NCBI GenBank assembly: GCA_964388485.1
Contig: CAYMAS010000008.1
Span: 24,423-88,422 of the forward strand
Direction of reading: 5' to 3'
Length of the DNA: 64,000 nucleotides
DNA from: an uncultured Tepidisphaerales bacterium
GTDB lineage: Bacteria > Planctomycetota > Phycisphaerae > Tepidisphaerales > Tepidisphaeraceae
Shown here one piece after another: positions 60,090 through 64,000 of the stretch. Position 1 is the first letter of the stretch. Every line of letters begins with the position of its first letter. The notes beneath the pieces were generated by a model that was not told the origin of the DNA, made no database searches, and saw only the letters and a program-made list of their open reading frames with translations. The position numbers were made by a program, and so were the translations under genes.

Positions 60090-60468
60090 AGAAGCTCGCA
60101 ACGGCCTGCGGTTCGAACGACGTGCTCGCACCACGGCGAAGGTCGTCCGATACGTCATTGAGCAGCGGCACGTGGATCCGGCCAATCTGGCGGAGCAGGT
60201 GGGCGTCGAACTGGACACGATTGAAGCCGCAAGGGCGGGCACGCATCCGCTCGAGCCGCGGCAACTGTCAAAAGTCGCCAAAGCCGCGAACATGCTGCCG
60301 GGCGACCTGCTCCTGGCTGCCCGCCCGCCGCAGTTGGACCACAGCGAGGCGTGGGTCCGTGAGCACGAGCAGCTTCGGATCGAAGCCCTCCGCAAGTGTG
60401 ATGACTTCACGCTCCGACTTCGCGAGCGGCGTCAGCGGGAGCGGGGCGGCGACAGTTCCGCCGCGTAG
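60079..60468 (+). CDS. XRE-type helix-turn-helix protein
   Basis: DPANLAEQVGVELDTIEAARAGTHPLEPRQLSKVAKAANMLPGDLL fits an HTH_3 pattern, with a charged coiled tail. The antisense ORF 59907..60410 looks spurious (Ser/Arg/Cys-rich). Confidence 0.55.
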   Translation: MTFEEARNGLRFERRARTTAKVVRYVIEQRHVDPANLAEQVGVELDTIEAARAGTHPLEPRQLSKVAKAANMLPGDLLLAARPPQLDHSEAWVREHEQLRIEALRKCDDFTLRLRERRQRERGGDSSAA

Positions 60469-60469
60469 C

Positions 60470-61414
60470 TCACCGCCGCCGGTGCGGATAAAGCCAGTCC
60501 CATAAGTCTGCCGGCAGATCTCGCTCAAAATACAGCGGCCGACCCGTCCGCGGGTGATCGAAGCCCAGGATCTTGGCATGCAACGCCTGCCGCGGCGGCG
60601 GGTCGGGTTCACCGCGCTCGCCGTACAGCTTATCGCCGCATACCGGATGGCCCAACTCGCTTAAGTGGATGCGAATCTGGTGCGTTCGGCCTGTCTCGAG
60701 CTTGCATTCGACAACGCCGCGATCACCGACCTTGCCCGCGGGTCGGACGTGCGTGATTGCCTTCTTGGCTGACTTGTCCTCGCCACCGGCGGGCAAAGAT
60801 CCACGGTTGCCGTCGCCGCGGTCGCGGACGAGCATCGTTTCCACCTTTCGCCTCGGCGGCTGACCGTTGAGGACGATCGCGACGTAGACCCGGTCCAGAG
60901 CATGGGCCTGGAACTGCCGCACCAGGTCCTTTTCCGCCTCCGGGTTCCGGGCAAAGACCATCAGCCCGCTCGTGTCACGATCAAGGCGGTGCACCGGAAA
61001 GACGACCTTGCCTCGATCGTGCGGCCGGCGAATCCGCTTGGCGACGAGCTCGTCCAACGTCGGCTGCCGCTCGCGACGCCTGCCGCTCATCTGCCCTTCC
61101 CGCGGCTCCCGGGCACTGACCACACCCGCCGGCTTGTTGACGATGACGAGGTCACGATCTTCGAAGACGACGTCCAGATCCCTCGCCTCCGCCGGCTTGG
61201 CCGCGGGTCGGTCGAGGAGGTTAATGACGTCGCCCGCCTTGAGCCGTCGTGCCGGATCGAGGCACAGATTACCGTGAACCGCGACGCGTCGGTCCATGAC
61301 CCGCATCTCCGCCTCTGCCCAAGAAACCTTCAGCCGCCGCTTGACGACGCTGCCAAGCGTCTTGCCGGCGTCGTCGGGTTTGACATGCAGAACCTGCCCA
61401 TCCGCCTTGGCCAC
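60470..61414 (-). CDS. RluA-family pseudouridine synthase with S4 domain (RluD/RluC-like)
   Basis: S4-like N-terminus, then DLVIVNKPAGVVS and HRLDRDTSGLMVFARN catalytic motifs. Confidence 0.9.
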   Translation of the reverse strand: MAKADGQVLHVKPDDAGKTLGSVVKRRLKVSWAEAEMRVMDRRVAVHGNLCLDPARRLKAGDVINLLDRPAAKPAEARDLDVVFEDRDLVIVNKPAGVVSAREPREGQMSGRRRERQPTLDELVAKRIRRPHDRGKVVFPVHRLDRDTSGLMVFARNPEAEKDLVRQFQAHALDRVYVAIVLNGQPPRRKVETMLVRDRGDGNRGSLPAGGEDKSAKKAITHVRPAGKVGDRGVVECKLETGRTHQIRIHLSELGHPVCGDKLYGERGEPDPPPRQALHAKILGFDHPRTGRPLYFERDLPADLWDWLYPHRRR

Positions 61415-61460
61415 TCGTTAGGCTACGCGGCGTGAAGAACTTCAAAAGGGGTGACTTATA

Positions 61461-64000
61461 ATGCGGATGCTCTGGATGTCATGCCTGTTGCTAGCGGTTG
61501 CCAAGGCGACTGCGGCGGAGGTGCGGGTCGCAGTGCTTCCGGTCGGCGAAGAGGTACAACACATTGCCGAGATCACGGAGCAACGTCTGTCGCACGTGCC
61601 GGATGTCGCGTTGCTTGATCGACTTGCTCTGGAGACCGTCTTCGCCGAGCAGGCACTCGCCGCCGCGGCCGGGAATGCGTCCGATGCGGCAGGTCGGCTG
61701 CAGCTCGGACAACTGCTTCGAGCCGACGTGCTCATTCTTCTCGAGCAGCAGCCGCCGGCGACCCGGGTCACGGCCATCGACGTCGCTACAGGTCTGCGGC
61801 TCAGCCGCGACGCGGTCAAGCCTCGCCAAATCATGCCGACGATCATCCGCTCGATTCAACAGCATCGCCGCGGCATTCGTGAAGTTGCCGCCGTGATGCC
61901 GTTCAGCTCGCCCGACCTGACGCGGACGCGGGACCACCTCAAGGACGCTCTCGCCGCGGCCCTAGCCCGTCGACTGGCGAAAGAGCCGGGCGTGCTCGTG
62001 GTCGAGGTCGAAGAGGCGCGGGCCGCCTTGGCGGAGTTCGCGGTCAGCGCCGGCCCACTGGCCGCCCGTCGACCGCCAGCCACCTTCGTCGACGGCACGT
62101 TCGACGCGATCGATGACGACCGCTTGCGGCTTCAGATCATTTACCGCCGCGGAAAACGAGTCGAGACCGTCGAGCACGACGTGGACGGACGGGCGGCTAC
62201 GCGATGGCTGTCACGATCCGAGGCGGTGCCGGACGACTGGTTCGAGGGCGATATCGATCCGGCCGCCGCCGCTGAAGCCGAAGCGGTCTCCTTGTTCAGC
62301 CGGGCCGAGCGCTTCGCAACCTTGGGTGACTGGCAGCAGGCGTTGGGATTGGCTGAGGCGGCGATGGTGCTCCACGACACGCCCCAGCGTCGCCGGCTGG
62401 CCGCCATCAGCGCCTACAAGTCGGCCCAGACGATGCGGGAGACGACCAGGTATCTCGCTCCCGACGCTCGAGCAGCCGGCCAGGTCGAAATCGAAGCCAT
62501 GGACCTGCGCGGCTGGCGGCACTTCGTCAGCTGGTCCCGCCGCGCCGCCGTTGCGGCAACAGAGGAGCATCGACAACTTCACCGCAACTATCTCGAGCAC
62601 CTTGGCAGCCGCCTGGAGCCAGAGATCGTCGAACTTGTGCGGGCCGATGTGATCAGCATCTTCGCTTCGACGGACGCGCGGCAAGACCGCGATATCTGGA
62701 TCCGGGGTATTGAACATCTACCCAATCGACTCTTTAGTAAGCACTACGGTCCGCACCCGCAGCAGGGACAGGACCGACACCTGCGGTGGCACATCGCACC
62801 GGAGCGGATGGCGTTCGCTGGCCGCATTGCCGCGGAGCTGGCCAGGATGCCGTCGGCGACAAAGGACGACTTCATCAAAGTGATTTGCGGCTCCTGGGCT
62901 TGGGTGGGCGAGAACAAGCACGTCCGCAGAACCCTCCACCACATGGCCGCGCTCGATCACCCGGCCGCCCAAGCGGCTGCGGCCGAGATCCTCGGCTGGC
63001 TGGACAGCCCTTGGCCGCGAATGCGAGGTCGCGATCCGGCAACCACTGGAATCGTTCGTTCAGAACCGCGTGAGCTACCCGCCGTCTCAGGCGTCGCCTG
63101 GAAGCACGTCCACCAGGCACCATTTACTGGAGAACTCTGCGGTTGGCTTCGTCTTGACGGTACTCGGCACACCGACGCCTTCTGGAGCACCACTAACGAT
63201 CGCCCCGGCCGGCTCTATCTCGTCGACCCCGAAGGCGAACCGCATGATGTCGGCGACGAGGTGTATGGCGAATTTCAAGCCGTCGCCTACGACGGTCGAT
63301 GGCTCTGGTACCTTGCTGCCGGTGATCCCGGCACGCGGCTCATCGCCCTCGACCCGCAGTCAGGCCAACGCCATGTTCTCGGCGGCGACCTGGGTCTGCC
63401 GCCCGATCCGGCCATTGGAGCCGGTCTCGTCGGGCTCGAAGAAGGTTCCGTCGCCCTGTCCGTAGCCATCGGCTCGGACAGTCAACGCCGGAACTACGTC
63501 ATGATCGCGACACTCGATCCGAAGCCGACGTTGCAGACGCTGCTCGAAGTCCGCGAAGCCGAGGAGGCCTTCGTGCCAGGCAGCAGCAGTCTCGGCCATC
63601 CCTTCACGCCCGCCCTCTGGTTGGTTCGTGAGGACGAAGCAGCCACGCTCCTCGTCGTTCGCGGCAGCGATCGACGCCCGCTGATGATCGATCCCACACC
63701 AGGAGGCGCAGGCGTTCTCGGGGAGCTGGCCATTCCCTTCACGCAAATCGGCGACTTCTTCGAGCGCGACGGCATCAGCTACGCCGTCGCCGGTCGAAAT
63801 TTGAAATTCGGCGGCATTTATCGTCTGACGCCGGACGCGCTCACGGTCGAGGAAGTCTCGCCCGTCGCTCCGCCGCTGCTCGAACAGGTCGTGCTCTACC
63901 AAGATCGACTGCTCGCCAGAAGCCGCTACAGCGACCTTCTCATCGCCCCGACACCTGATCAGCCGTTCGAGGAGATCCGAATGCAGTTCCCTGCCGACAA
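61461..64000 (+). CDS. Large secreted hypothetical protein, first 846 codons (runs off the right edge)
   Basis: ATG 61461; I walked the frame codon by codon to 64000 without a stop. Signal peptide MRMLWMSCLLLAVAKATAAE. N-terminal VRVAVLPVG...LLDRLALETVFAEQAL...LGQLLRADVLILL resembles LpoB/CsgG-type modules. Missing from the ORF track because it hits the edge. Confidence 0.7.
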   Translation, partial: MRMLWMSCLLLAVAKATAAEVRVAVLPVGEEVQHIAEITEQRLSHVPDVALLDRLALETVFAEQALAAAAGNASDAAGRLQLGQLLRADVLILLEQQPPATRVTAIDVATGLRLSRDAVKPRQIMPTIIRSIQQHRRGIREVAAVMPFSSPDLTRTRDHLKDALAAALARRLAKEPGVLVVEVEEARAALAEFAVSAGPLAARRPPATFVDGTFDAIDDDRLRLQIIYRRGKRVETVEHDVDGRAATRWLSRSEAVPDDWFEGDIDPAAAAEAEAVSLFSRAERFATLGDWQQALGLAEAAMVLHDTPQRRRLAAISAYKSAQTMRETTRYLAPDARAAGQVEIEAMDLRGWRHFVSWSRRAAVAATEEHRQLHRNYLEHLGSRLEPEIVELVRADVISIFASTDARQDRDIWIRGIEHLPNRLFSKHYGPHPQQGQDRHLRWHIAPERMAFAGRIAAELARMPSATKDDFIKVICGSWAWVGENKHVRRTLHHMAALDHPAAQAAAAEILGWLDSPWPRMRGRDPATTGIVRSEPRELPAVSGVAWKHVHQAPFTGELCGWLRLDGTRHTDAFWSTTNDRPGRLYLVDPEGEPHDVGDEVYGEFQAVAYDGRWLWYLAAGDPGTRLIALDPQSGQRHVLGGDLGLPPDPAIGAGLVGLEEGSVALSVAIGSDSQRRNYVMIATLDPKPTLQTLLEVREAEEAFVPGSSSLGHPFTPALWLVREDEAATLLVVRGSDRRPLMIDPTPGGAGVLGELAIPFTQIGDFFERDGISYAVAGRNLKFGGIYRLTPDALTVEEVSPVAPPLLEQVVLYQDRLLARSRYSDLLIAPTPDQPFEEIRMQFPAD

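Noticed and set aside
59907-60410. 167-aa minus-strand ORF
   Set aside because: Ser/Arg/Cys-rich translation, antisense to the more plausible acidic-peptide/XRE pair.

Overview
High-GC bacterial chromosome segment (G/C-dominated third codon positions; GC not computed). My inference is Planctomycetota, probably Phycisphaerae-like. This rests on a DUF1559-type pseudopilin, LExRRLL-type N-termini, many PEP-CTERM tails and long mirror ORFs on the antisense strand. All family calls come from motif recognition by eye; no searches were run. I saw no rRNA, tRNA, CRISPR, transposase or prophage. Layout: 1..15.6 kb holds miscellaneous metabolism and envelope genes: an SDR epimerase, RraA-like, PhyH dioxygenase plus AraC, an EamA exporter, glycerate kinase, a GT-C-like membrane protein, WrbA-like, a YqjD/E/K-like membrane trio, an orphan lipoprotein SBP and a decayed beta-mannosidase. 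15.7..49.9 kb is a glycan-utilisation island. It contains a 2,258-aa GH74-like/CBM giant, five PEP-CTERM proteins, a pseudopilin, a beta-helix protein, a sulfatase, a second frameshifted GH74-like gene, a Gfo/Idh/MocA oxidoreductase, a PL11-like propeller, a GH55-like double beta-helix, XylR-type and LacI regulators, and an MDR dehydrogenase plus PL22-like lyase. 50..64 kb holds a HEAT-repeat protein, GH5-like, ubiE, gltB, an XRE cassette, a pseudouridine synthase and a large secreted protein that runs off the right edge. Three observations stand out. (1) An unassigned ~730-aa module occurs both free-standing and fused to the GH74 giant. (2) A TGCAACGTTGCA palindrome recurs in at least nine intergenic regions of the island, which suggests a LacI-type regulon. 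(3) There are several unusual repeats and decay events: a stop-codon-containing 24-bp x3 repeat, a 26-bp perfect inverted repeat, twin CACGTG palindromes, and frameshifts.
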